From Psychrobacter sp. HD31 (lineage in GTDB: Bacteria > Pseudomonadota > Gammaproteobacteria > Pseudomonadales > Moraxellaceae), in NCBI RefSeq assembly GCF_051097895.1, contig NZ_CP142525.1:90001-122000 (forward strand): a stretch of DNA of 32,000 nt. The letters are read 5' to 3'. The notes under the pieces were generated by a model. That model saw only the letters and a list, made by a program, of their open reading frames with translations, was not told the DNA's origin and did no database searches. Every line of letters starts with the position of its first letter. The stretch's first letter is position 1. Of this stretch, positions 15,101-25,761 are shown piece after piece. Position numbers and translations under genes: made by a program.

Positions 15101-16021
15101 ATGTCTGAATCACAACATAAAGTAGATGGAAATAGTAGTAAAAATTTTAAAGAGTTACCAAGAGCACACACGACCTATGCCAATATCGTTAAAAGTCTGT
15201 TGCCAAAGTCTGATGCGCCAAAAGTATCAAAAGATGAATTGCCTTCCTTTACCTACAAAGTAGATACATTAACCATAGATTCAGAAAACCTAAATGATTA
15301 TCGAAAAATTTGTGGTTTTGATAAAAATAATACTGTGCCAATTACTTATTTTGCTGTGTTGTCTCAATCATTACAAATGAATATGATGGCAAAAGAAGCA
15401 TTTCCATTTGCGATGCTTGGTTTGGTGCATGTTGATAACAGCGTCACTCAATACCGCAAAATTTTAGATAATGAAGTTTTTGCCATGTCGGTTGATTGTG
15501 TTAATTTACGAGACCATGATAAAGGTCAACAATTTGACTTTGTCACACAAGTTAAAGCGGGTGATGAGCTGATTTGGGAAGGTGTTTCTACCTATTTATC
15601 TCGTTCACGTTCAAAAAATCGTGATAGAAGTAAAACAAGCAAACAAACAACCAAACTATCAATAGATAGTTCAAGCCTGCATACCTACTTTAAAGTAGCA
15701 GAAGATATGGGGCGCCGTTATGCGTTTGTATCTGGCGACTTTAATTTAATTCATTTACATCCATTATCAGCACGTGCATTTGGTTTTCCTAAAGCGATTG
15801 CGCATGGTATGTGGTCAAAGGCTAAGTGTTTATCATATATTAAAAACTTACCCGAAGCTTATCGGGTTGATGTATCGTTTAAAACGCCAATTTTTTTGCC
15901 ATCGGAAGTTGAGTTAATTGTTGCAGATGAAGTAGATAAAAAAATAGAGTTTGGGTTGTATTGCCCTAAAAATGATAGTCCACATGCTTTGGGTGTTATA
16001 AGTCTCTTGGATCATGCTTAA
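15101..16021 (+). CDS. MaoC-like (R)-specific enoyl-CoA hydratase/acyl dehydratase family protein, double hot-dog layout
   Basis: The C-terminal half has the MaoC hydratase-like motif YAFVSGDFNLIHLHPLSARAFGFPKAIAHGMW. RBS AGGAAG lies upstream of the ATG. Confidence 0.6.
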   Translation: MSESQHKVDGNSSKNFKELPRAHTTYANIVKSLLPKSDAPKVSKDELPSFTYKVDTLTIDSENLNDYRKICGFDKNNTVPITYFAVLSQSLQMNMMAKEAFPFAMLGLVHVDNSVTQYRKILDNEVFAMSVDCVNLRDHDKGQQFDFVTQVKAGDELIWEGVSTYLSRSRSKNRDRSKTSKQTTKLSIDSSSLHTYFKVAEDMGRRYAFVSGDFNLIHLHPLSARAFGFPKAIAHGMWSKAKCLSYIKNLPEAYRVDVSFKTPIFLPSEVELIVADEVDKKIEFGLYCPKNDSPHALGVISLLDHA

Positions 16022-16081
16022 TTATTTGTGATACATGAATCAAATTTACTTAATGGACTTTAAGTAAATTAAACTTAGTTC

Positions 16082-16113
16082 AAAAGGTTGCTTAAATGCA
16101 GCCTTTTATTTTT
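16082..16113 (+). terminator. Rho-independent terminator
   Basis: AAAAGGTTGC / TTAAAT loop / GCAGCCTTTT (one G-U pair) followed by TATTTTT. Confidence 0.7.
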
Positions 16114-16123
16114 AGAGAAATAA

Positions 16124-17443
16124 ATGGATAACCAAAAAACAATGCCAGAAAAAAATTGGCAGCAACTTGTACAAATCATGAAAAACTTACAACTAGATGA
16201 TGCGCCTGCGGGAGGCTCATTGGTTGTTTATCATCAAAACAAGTGCGTGTTAGATACAAGTGTTGGTATGGCACAAAAAAATAGAGAATGGCGTGCCAAC
16301 ACGCTGTCAATCAATTTTTCGACTGGCAAAGGCGTGTTAGCCACACTGGTTCACGTGCTAGTTTCTAATGAGTTACTGAACTATGACACGCCAATTTGTG
16401 ACTATTGGGCAGAATTTGCAAGTAATGGAAAAGGTGATATTACTTTACGGCAGGTACTGAGCCATCAAGCCAATTTATTTGCACTGAATCAAGTTGTCAG
16501 TAGTTATAAAGACTTATTAGATTGGCAAAATATGCTAAACAAAGTTGCCACCATGCAACCTTTTGCGCCTGTCAATCAAACTAATAACAAACCTTATGCA
16601 ACTGCCTACAGTGCCTTGATTTCTGGTTGGATAATTGGTGGTTTAATAGAAAAAGTAACAAACTTAAGCTTACAACAGGCTTTAGAAAAATATTTAACAA
16701 AACCTTTAGGTATTGCAGATGAGGTGTTTTTTCAGTTACCCCAAACCCATATAGGCGATGTTGCACAAATGGTAAGAAACTTTGATATAAACGCAGAGGA
16801 TAAACCTAAAAGACGCATTAAACCAACCTTAAAGCCAGATAGTGTTAAAACCATGCAAACCTATGCCAAGTTGCCAAGTTATAAAATCTGGCAACAAATA
16901 TTAGGTAAGGCGCATAGTGATACGGCAATCACAACCGCAGAAATTAATAGAATATATTTTAGCCCAGCTGATTTAAATATTAAAAATTACACTATGTCAT
17001 TATTGCCAAATGCAAAAGAAAATTTAGACTATTATCAGCCAGAGGTTATGCAAGCCGTGATACCGGCTGCTAATTGTGTGGCAAGTGCTGCTGCGCTGGC
17101 AAAAATTTATGCGATGTTAGCAAATGAAGGCAGCTGGATGGGAATACAGCTGATTAATGAGTCAACCTTTGATGAAATCACTAAGATTCAGGTTTCTGGG
17201 CAAGATGCTGTCATGCCAGCTGATATGCAATGGCGGCTAGGTTACCATCGTGTATTTAATGCTTTTGATAGGGTGGGGCAATTAGACCAAAGCTTTGGTC
17301 ACATCGGTTATAATGGCTCGGTTGCTTGGTGTAATCCTAGCAACGGACTGGCAGTTGCTTATGTGCATAATTATGATACAACTTTGCTAAATGATATTAG
17401 GGCATTTGCCATTACTGAAGCGGTAATAGATTGTTTAGCCTAA
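16124..17443 (+). CDS. Beta-lactamase-family serine hydrolase (esterase/PBP-like)
   Basis: It has the S-x-x-K active-site motif in INFSTGKGVLATLVH near the N-terminus. Its 439-aa size and overall pattern are typical of class C beta-lactamase-related hydrolases. The RBS is weak, so Met7 is a possible alternative start. Confidence 0.7.
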   Translation: MDNQKTMPEKNWQQLVQIMKNLQLDDAPAGGSLVVYHQNKCVLDTSVGMAQKNREWRANTLSINFSTGKGVLATLVHVLVSNELLNYDTPICDYWAEFASNGKGDITLRQVLSHQANLFALNQVVSSYKDLLDWQNMLNKVATMQPFAPVNQTNNKPYATAYSALISGWIIGGLIEKVTNLSLQQALEKYLTKPLGIADEVFFQLPQTHIGDVAQMVRNFDINAEDKPKRRIKPTLKPDSVKTMQTYAKLPSYKIWQQILGKAHSDTAITTAEINRIYFSPADLNIKNYTMSLLPNAKENLDYYQPEVMQAVIPAANCVASAAALAKIYAMLANEGSWMGIQLINESTFDEITKIQVSGQDAVMPADMQWRLGYHRVFNAFDRVGQLDQSFGHIGYNGSVAWCNPSNGLAVAYVHNYDTTLLNDIRAFAITEAVIDCLA

Positions 17444-17490
17444 ATGGGCATCTAAAATGTTGATGGTTATTTTGATAAATGCTTAATATA

Positions 17491-17519
17491 AAAAAACTCA
17501 GCCATTGCTGAGTTTCTTT
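17491..17519. terminator. Bidirectional intrinsic terminator between convergent genes
   Basis: AAAAAA-CTCAGC / CATT loop / GCTGAG-TTT. The stem is flanked by an A-run and a T-run and sits between the 16124..17443(+) and 17559..18257(-) genes. Confidence 0.65.
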
Positions 17520-17558
17520 GTGATACTAACTTTATCTAGTTTAGAGCCTTACAAATGA

Positions 17559-18257
17559 TTATTTATAGCTGGTAAGTCTCAGCTCCATTTTTTTACCATC
17601 TGCATTTTGGATAACCTTAACTGGTTGATAATTTAAACTTGGTGCTAACCAAAAAGTTGTGCGTCGTCCATTACCACTGTGTACGCGGTCAATACGCACT
17701 GTGTTATATGTCCCCGCTGGTACTGTTACTTTACTATTGCCAGACTTTTTAAAACGCACGCGTTCTACTTTTTTCTTTTTCGCCATGTAATAACTGCCAG
17801 CGAACTTACCATTTAACAAATCTTGGCGGATTTGAGCTTCTAAGCTCAAGTCATCATAGGCTTGGCGGGGCATAGATAATGTTTTTGATTTACCCTTATA
17901 AGTACTGATAACTTTACTGCCATTAAATTTTAATTTATGTGTGCGTCCGGCACCAAAAATCTTATAGGTGGTGCTTGCAGCGCTCGGCTTGATTTTAGAA
18001 CCAGAAATTGTGAACTTACTGGTTTGGTTAGCGGTTGCCACGCCAGCGACTCGTGCTTTTGTGCGATAGCTCCAACTATTGCCAGATTTTGAAAGTGTGC
18101 GTGTTGCAGTACCTTTATATTTATTTTCTACAGTAAAACTGTATTTAGCGGTAGAAGGCTGCAAGGATTTTGCGGTTGCGGCTCCAGATGCTGCTATTGT
18201 AGTTGCTGCTAAAAAAATTGCGCCGGTTGTTTTTGTAAGGGTAGAAAGCTGTTTCAT
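17559..18257 (-). CDS. Exported DUF3108-like protein with a signal peptide
   Basis: Met15 of the tracked ORF is preferred as the start. GGAG lies 7 nt upstream (CACAAAGGAGCATTCAGATG), and MKQLSTLTKTTGAIFLAATTIAASGAATA-K is a typical Sec signal. The K/T/S-rich beta-type sequence ending in FWLAPSLNYQPVKV resembles the DUF3108 family as I remember it. Confidence 0.55.
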   Translation of the reverse strand: MKQLSTLTKTTGAIFLAATTIAASGAATAKSLQPSTAKYSFTVENKYKGTATRTLSKSGNSWSYRTKARVAGVATANQTSKFTISGSKIKPSAASTTYKIFGAGRTHKLKFNGSKVISTYKGKSKTLSMPRQAYDDLSLEAQIRQDLLNGKFAGSYYMAKKKKVERVRFKKSGNSKVTVPAGTYNTVRIDRVHSGNGRRTTFWLAPSLNYQPVKVIQNADGKKMELRLTSYK

Positions 18258-18572
18258 CTGAATGCTCCTTTGTGTTGTGTATGACTCTATGATGGTCATA
18301 AATTGTTACATATTCAAGTGAGCTTATGCTATTGTTTGTAAAAAATCGTTATTAAATATTACTAGCTGACATAGGGCTAGCGATACAAAAATTAAATCAA
18401 ACAGATGTAAGTATGGTAATTTAATTAACTATTGGTATGAATATGTATAAAAAAGATATATGATTTAATAACAAATGCGTAAAATTATGTTATACTTTTA
18501 TTGCGGATTTGTTCCCAATTTATATATTACCCAGGTAAATTAATTAAGTTATTTAATAAGGAAGGTTAAAGT

Positions 18573-19574
18573 ATGAAATTATTTCCAACTTTAGCGGTAG
18601 CCACACTTGCTGCTGCAATGGCAACGGGTTGCTCAAACAGTTCTGACTCTGCAACAGAAGCTGCTACTGGTTCTAAGTTTATTACGATCGGTACGGGTGG
18701 CGTAACAGGTACTTATTATCCTACTGGTGGTGCAATCTGCCGTATGATGAATGAAAACAAAGCAGAAACAGGGATTCGTTGTTCTGTTGAATCAACCGGT
18801 GGCTCTGTATACAATGTTAACACCATTAAAGCAGGCGAACTTGACTTTGGTATTAGCCAAAGTGATACCGCATTTCAGGCACTTAATGGCGAAGGCAAGT
18901 TTGCTGAAGCACCAGTACCTGAGCTACGCAGTGTCATGGCAATTTATCCAGAACTTTTAGCTTTGGTTGTGCGTGATGATGCGGGTATTAAAACTTTAGC
19001 AGATTTAAAAGGTAAAAAAATTAACATCGATGTACCAGGCAGTGGTACACGTATGACAACAGAATCTGTGTTTGAAGCGAATGGTATTAACACATCAGAC
19101 TTAGCATTAGTAAATGAGCTAAAATCATCTGAAGGTCCAACCATGCTAAAAGATCGTAAGGTAGATGGTTACTTTGGTATGTTTGGTCACCCAACAGCTA
19201 ACATTAAAGATGCTGCAAACTCTGTTGGCATTAACTTAGTGCCAATTGATGGTGAAGGTGTTGATAAGCTTGTAGCAGACTATCCATACTATGCCAAAGG
19301 TACAATTTCGGCTGACTTTTATGAAGGTGTCGATGCAGATGTACCAAGTATTGGTGTTAAAGCTGTTTTAGTGACACGTGAAGACATGTCTGATGCTGCC
19401 GTAACAGCATTGACGAAAGCAATCTTAGATAACTTTGATACTTTCAAAGAATCACATGCGGCATACAAAACTATTACTAAAGAATCTTTGCTAGATGGTT
19501 TGGCTGTGCCTCAACACCCTGCTGCGGCAAAAGTATTTGAAGAGCAAGGTCTAGCAGTTGCCTCTGCTGAATAA
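18573..19574 (+). CDS. TAXI-family TRAP transporter solute-binding lipoprotein
   Basis: The signal has a lipobox (LAAAMATGC). ITIGTGGVTGTYYPTGGAICRM... is the characteristic TAXI N-terminal motif. A fused TRAP permease follows. Confidence 0.85.
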   Translation: MKLFPTLAVATLAAAMATGCSNSSDSATEAATGSKFITIGTGGVTGTYYPTGGAICRMMNENKAETGIRCSVESTGGSVYNVNTIKAGELDFGISQSDTAFQALNGEGKFAEAPVPELRSVMAIYPELLALVVRDDAGIKTLADLKGKKINIDVPGSGTRMTTESVFEANGINTSDLALVNELKSSEGPTMLKDRKVDGYFGMFGHPTANIKDAANSVGINLVPIDGEGVDKLVADYPYYAKGTISADFYEGVDADVPSIGVKAVLVTREDMSDAAVTALTKAILDNFDTFKESHAAYKTITKESLLDGLAVPQHPAAAKVFEEQGLAVASAE

Positions 19575-19594
19575 TTAAAGACCTAAGTTTTTTT

Positions 19595-19630
19595 AATTAA
19601 GCACAGGTAACTACTTGTGCTTAATTTTTT
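19595..19630 (+). terminator. Rho-independent terminator/attenuator between the TAXI binding-protein gene and the TRAP permease gene
   Basis: AATTAAGCACAGG / TAACTA loop / CTTGTGCTTAATT forms a 13-bp stem with one G-U pair, followed by TTTTT. Confidence 0.8.
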
Positions 19631-19904
19631 GTACTAACAACTATCGTCAAAAATACTGTATAGTGTAAAGCATTAACATTTTTGTACAGTGGTCATTTTG
19701 CACTTAGCTTCTTCTGAGATATCTTAAAAATCAATCATAGATTTAAATGTTAGAGAATGTTGAAAAAATGCCAACATCATTAGCTTTTTGTATTTTTACT
19801 AGTTTAAAACTATGTTTGAACAAGCAGCTATTAGCTGTTAATAGTAGCGTTTAGATATTTTTATTAGATAAGGTTAGGGTGACATTAGCAAATAGGAGGA
19901 CATT

Positions 19905-21995
19905 ATGGACAATGTTGTAAAGATTGATGAAGAAAAACATCAATCAGAGAACGAGCAAGCAGATGTGTTAGAGGGCAAGCGTATATTAGACCCCAAATCA
20001 TTTGGTTTTAGAATGATTGCTTTTATCGCATTTTGTTGGTCATTTTTTCAATTATTTGTTGTACTTTTACCAATTAATGATGTATTCATTCGTTCTATTC
20101 ACTTATCGTTTGCGATTGCATTGGCATTTTTTATGTATCCAATGTTTCGTACAAAAAAAACGATGTCTAGCATTCCATTCTGGAATTATATTTTAGCGGC
20201 ACTTGGTTCGCTTTCTGCGTTATATATCTTTATTTTTTATAATGAGCTTAATGCCCGTTCGGGTGCTTGGCTGCAATTAGACGTATGGGCAGCCATTGCA
20301 GGTATTATTCTTTTGCTAATGGCATCACGCCGTGCGCTGGGTCCTGCTTTAGCCATCATCGCTATTATCTTTTTAGGCTATGTTAAATTTGGGCAAGTGA
20401 TGCCAGATTTGATAGCCCATAAAGGGGCAAGTATCGAAAAAATGATGGGACAAATGTTTTTAACAACCGAAGGTATTTTTGGTGTTCCTTTGGGTGTTTC
20501 TGCAAGTTATGTTTTCTTATTTGTACTCTTTGGGGCATTGCTAGAGCGAGCAGGGGCAGGGCAATATTTTATTAACCTTGCCTATGCAGCATTGGGACGT
20601 TTTGATGGTGGACCTGCAAAAGCATCGGTTGCTGCCTCTGGCATGATGGGTATTATTTCTGGTTCCTCAATTGCTAATACAGTTACTACAGGTACTTTTA
20701 CAATCCCATTAATGAAGAAACTGGGCTTTCCTGGTTATAAAGCAGCATCGGTAGAAGTTGCAGCATCAACCAATGGTCAGCTAATGCCACCAATTATGGG
20801 TGCTGCAGCATTTATTATTGCTGAGTTTTTGGGTATGGATTATGCTGGCGTTATTATGGCAGCGGCAATCCCTGCCTTTGTGAGTTATATTGCATTGTTT
20901 TATATTGTGCATTTAGAAGCAAAAAAATTGGGAATTAAAGGCGAACTAAAAGACAGACTACCCAAAGTTTGGGATGTTTTTGTGAGTGGTTTGCACTTTT
21001 TATTACCAGTGTTTTACCTTATGTACACTTTGGTTGTATTGCGCATGTCACCTCAGCGTGCTGCTTTTAATGGTATCATCGTGTTAATACTGATTATGCT
21101 GGTTCAGCCATTTGTTAAATCACTGCTTGCAAAAAATGGCATTGGTTTTACGCAAAATGCAAAAACCGCAATCAGCGACATTATTGTTGGTATGATTAAT
21201 GGTGCTAAAAACATGGTGCCAATTGCCATTGCAACCGGTGTGGCAGGCATTGTAGTTGGGTCGGTTACTTTAACAGGTATTGGTCTTATCCTTGCCGATG
21301 TGATTGAAACCTTATCAGGCGGTTACATTGTGGCGGTACTGGCATTAACGGCAGTGGTATCATTAATTTTAGGTATGGGCTTGCCAACAACCGCAAACTA
21401 TATTGTGATGGCATCGTTAACTGCGCCTGTCATTTTGGGGTTAAGTGGCGACTTAGGTTATTTGGTCCCTGCAATTGCGGCACACTTATTTGTGTTTTAC
21501 TTTGGTATTTTGGCAGATGACACGCCACCGGTTGGTATGGCGGCATATGCTGGTGCAGGTATTGCACGTTCAGACCCAATTAAAACGGGGCTACAAGGCT
21601 TTGCTTACGATATCCGTACCGCAATTTTACCGTTTATGTTCTTTTTCAACAGTAAATTATTGCTAATTGATGGTGTTAATCCTGATGATCCACGTGATCC
21701 AGCTGGTTGGGTATGGATTACAAACCCATTAGAGATTGGTCTAATCTTTTTAATGGCCGTTTTGGGTATGTTGGCATTTTCCTCGTTTACACAACGTTGG
21801 GTTAAAGTTAAAACCAACATTATTGAAATGTTGGCATTGTTGGCAATTACGGTATTGTTGATGGTACCAAATGTTGTTGCAGACTTATTTAAATTGCCAC
21901 ATGAATATGTAAGCTATGCCATTGGTGTTGCGCTTTATGCGATGGTATATTTATGGCAATCACAGCGTTATAAAAAATATAAAGTGATTGTATAA
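19905..21995 (+). CDS. TRAP transporter fused permease (DctQ-DctM-like fusion, TAXI type)
   Basis: A 696-aa polytopic membrane protein with many hydrophobic helices. It is adjacent to the TAXI receptor gene. A strong RBS AGGAGGA precedes the ATG. Confidence 0.85.
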   Translation: MDNVVKIDEEKHQSENEQADVLEGKRILDPKSFGFRMIAFIAFCWSFFQLFVVLLPINDVFIRSIHLSFAIALAFFMYPMFRTKKTMSSIPFWNYILAALGSLSALYIFIFYNELNARSGAWLQLDVWAAIAGIILLLMASRRALGPALAIIAIIFLGYVKFGQVMPDLIAHKGASIEKMMGQMFLTTEGIFGVPLGVSASYVFLFVLFGALLERAGAGQYFINLAYAALGRFDGGPAKASVAASGMMGIISGSSIANTVTTGTFTIPLMKKLGFPGYKAASVEVAASTNGQLMPPIMGAAAFIIAEFLGMDYAGVIMAAAIPAFVSYIALFYIVHLEAKKLGIKGELKDRLPKVWDVFVSGLHFLLPVFYLMYTLVVLRMSPQRAAFNGIIVLILIMLVQPFVKSLLAKNGIGFTQNAKTAISDIIVGMINGAKNMVPIAIATGVAGIVVGSVTLTGIGLILADVIETLSGGYIVAVLALTAVVSLILGMGLPTTANYIVMASLTAPVILGLSGDLGYLVPAIAAHLFVFYFGILADDTPPVGMAAYAGAGIARSDPIKTGLQGFAYDIRTAILPFMFFFNSKLLLIDGVNPDDPRDPAGWVWITNPLEIGLIFLMAVLGMLAFSSFTQRWVKVKTNIIEMLALLAITVLLMVPNVVADLFKLPHEYVSYAIGVALYAMVYLWQSQRYKKYKVIV

Positions 21996-22023
21996 GCTGT
22001 TAATAAATTTTAAGGCTTAAATG

Positions 22024-22057
22024 AAACTCATGGTGCTTAAAGTACCATGGGTTTTTT
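22024..22057 (+). terminator. Rho-independent terminator after the TRAP permease gene
   Basis: CTCATGGT...ACCATGGG stem followed by TTTTTT. Confidence 0.8.
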
Positions 22058-22113
22058 AATGGTTATAATTTGCATACATGTGGGTAGTTTTTTAAAAAAA
22101 TCATCGTATTTTG

Positions 22114-22140
22114 CTTGAACAAAATGCGTTTAATCCCCAT
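22114..22140 (+). promoter_or_regulatory. Sigma-32 (RpoH) heat-shock promoter of groES-groEL
   Basis: CTTGAA (22114-22119), a 15-nt spacer, then CCCCAT (22135-22140), followed by TC. This matches the consensus CTTGAAA-N13-15-CCCCATnT. It lies about 100 nt upstream of groES. No CIRCE element is present. Confidence 0.8.
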
Positions 22141-22238
22141 TCAATAAACAACCTTATTGCTATTACCCATAACGACGCTTTGAGTAACCGCAATAAGTAC
22201 TTTTTAATTTTAAAATTCAAACTAATCAATGGAGTAGA

Positions 22239-22529
22239 ATGATGGGTATCCGTCCTTTACATGATCGTATTGTTGTTCGCCGTGTAGAAGAAGAACAAAA
22301 AACAGCGGGTGGTATCTTGCTACCTGGTTCGGCACAAGAAAAACCACAGCAAGGCGAAGTTATTGCTGTAGGTAATGGTCACATTCGTGAAAATGGCGAT
22401 GTAAGACCGCTTGATGTTAATGTTGGTGATAAAGTGTTATTTGGTCAATACGCTGGTCAAACAGTTAAAGTCGATGGCGAAGAGCTGCTAATCATGAAAG
22501 AAGCTGATGTACTTGGCGTACTGGCTTAA
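22239..22529 (+). CDS. groES: Co-chaperonin GroES
   Basis: [47 protein letters not shown]... is canonical GroES. The second ATG (22242) may be the true start, as GGAG is at 22231-22234. Confidence 0.97.
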   Translation: MMGIRPLHDRIVVRRVEEEQKTAGGILLPGSAQEKPQQGEVIAVGNGHIRENGDVRPLDVNVGDKVLFGQYAGQTVKVDGEELLIMKEADVLGVLA

Positions 22530-22560
22530 TTTTAACTGTATATTTTAAAACTTATAATAA

Positions 22561-24225
<1,665 letters not shown>

Positions 24226-24371
24226 AATAGTCGTTTATAAAATAAAAAACTTATTGCTTGTAAGCACAGGTTAATTATGCATTGTGCATATCGCTTGGCT
24301 GTCTTCTAGCAAGTTTTATTAAACGCTATATACCCCTAATGTTTATCCTATCATTGTTATTAAAAAAGTAG

Positions 24372-24408
24372 AAAAACCCTTTAGATGCAAAAATCTAGAG
24401 GGTTTTTT
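24372..24408 (+). terminator. Rho-independent terminator, about 150 nt downstream of the groEL stop
   Basis: AAAAACCCTTTAGAT / GCAAAA loop / ATCTAGAGGGTTTTTT forms a 10-bp stem with one G-U pair, plus A/T extensions. Confidence 0.85.
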
Positions 24409-24592
24409 ATTATTGATTTTAAGGGGCTTCATTAAAATGTAAAACTAGGTTGTTATCGTCAAAAAATAAAGCAAACAGATGTTGATGAAAGCCATAACAA
24501 AGTGTAATATTGTAATAAATTATAAATACACACAAATAGTAAGTTTTTCAACCCGGTTGCCCAAAGGTGGCCATTAATAACAGGAGAAGTAA

Positions 24593-25642
24593 ATGAAAAA
24601 GAGTGTTGTTGTTTTTGAAGCAGAAGGCGGTTCAGACAAAATTTTTAATGGACACCGTAAAGACACCATGCCAATCGTAGAAGCTATCCAAGAAAAGGGT
24701 TGGCATGCTGAGGTTGTATACTTCCGTGATGAATGGGCAGACGATATTTACGAATACGCAAAAGAAAAGTTTGATGGTTATATCAGCCGTATTAATCCAG
24801 GTAACTTGGCTACTGGCGAAAAAATGTATTTTGAAACACTACGCAAGCTATCAGATGCTGGCTTGGTTGGCATGTCACATCCAGATGCGATGACAAACTT
24901 TGGTGCTAAAGATGCATTGGTGAAACTCGCCGATACGGATCTGGTTCCTGATGACACTTATGCTTACTATACAGTAGAAGAGTTTACTAAAATCTTCCCA
25001 TCAAGCATCTCTTGGGGTGAGCGTGTACTTAAACAAAACCGTGGTTCAACGGGTGAAGGTATCTGGCGTGTGCAAATTGAAGAAAGCATTGACTTTAAAC
25101 CAGGTGACAGCCTACCACTAGATACAAAGCTTAAGTGTACTGAAGCGGTTGATAACCATGTTGAATACAATACGCTTGGCGATTTCATGAAGTTTTGTGA
25201 ACAGTATATTGTTGGCGAAAATGGCATGCTTGTAGATATGCGCTTTATGCCACGTATTAAAGAAGGTGAAATCCGTATTCTTTTAATTGGTGACAAGCCA
25301 ATTTTTGTTGTACACAAAAAACCAGCAGATGCTGAAGATGCTTTCTCAGCGACTTTATTCTCAGGTGCTAAATATACGTACGACAAGCCAGAAGACTGGG
25401 CAGAATTAATGACGTTATTTAACGATTCATTACCTGTTATTTCTGACAAGCTAGGTGGTTTTGATATCCCACTAATTTGGACAGCGGACTTTATGCTTGG
25501 TGATAAAGATGAAGCAGGCAATGATACTTATGTATTGGGTGAAATTAACTGCTCATGCGTTGGCTTTACAAGCCACCTTGATCAAGGCATCCAAGACGTG
25601 ATTGCTGAAGAAGTTATCCGCCGTGTAGAAGCGAACGCGTAA
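24593..25642 (+). CDS. Uncharacterised ATP-grasp-like protein (resembles the Cj0069 family as I remember it)
   Basis: A good RBS AGGAGA precedes the ATG. VLKQNRGSTGEGIWRV looks like an ATP-grasp nucleotide-binding strand-loop. The family assignment is from memory and has not been searched. Confidence 0.45.
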   Translation: MKKSVVVFEAEGGSDKIFNGHRKDTMPIVEAIQEKGWHAEVVYFRDEWADDIYEYAKEKFDGYISRINPGNLATGEKMYFETLRKLSDAGLVGMSHPDAMTNFGAKDALVKLADTDLVPDDTYAYYTVEEFTKIFPSSISWGERVLKQNRGSTGEGIWRVQIEESIDFKPGDSLPLDTKLKCTEAVDNHVEYNTLGDFMKFCEQYIVGENGMLVDMRFMPRIKEGEIRILLIGDKPIFVVHKKPADAEDAFSATLFSGAKYTYDKPEDWAELMTLFNDSLPVISDKLGGFDIPLIWTADFMLGDKDEAGNDTYVLGEINCSCVGFTSHLDQGIQDVIAEEVIRRVEANA

Positions 25643-25663
25643 TTATATAATCAGTTTATAAAT

Positions 25664-25697
25664 TAAAAAAAGGTGGAACTTAGGTTCCACTTTTTTT
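25664..25697. terminator. Bidirectional intrinsic terminator between convergent genes
   Basis: AAAAAAAG-GTGGAAC / TTAG loop / GTTCCAC-TTTTTTT. Confidence 0.85.
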
Positions 25698-25761
25698 ATG
25701 TATGGCGTATAGATTCTTATGTAGAAACAGTTACGTGATTGATGTTAGCTATGTTTTATTT

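Noticed and set aside
19747-19854. 35-aa small ORF (MLENVEKMPTSLAFCIFTSLKLCLNKQLLAVNSSV) in the TAXI/permease spacer
   Set aside because: It has no Shine-Dalgarno and no recognisable features. A short open frame like this can arise by chance in a non-coding spacer. It is kept only as part of the intergenic-region finding.
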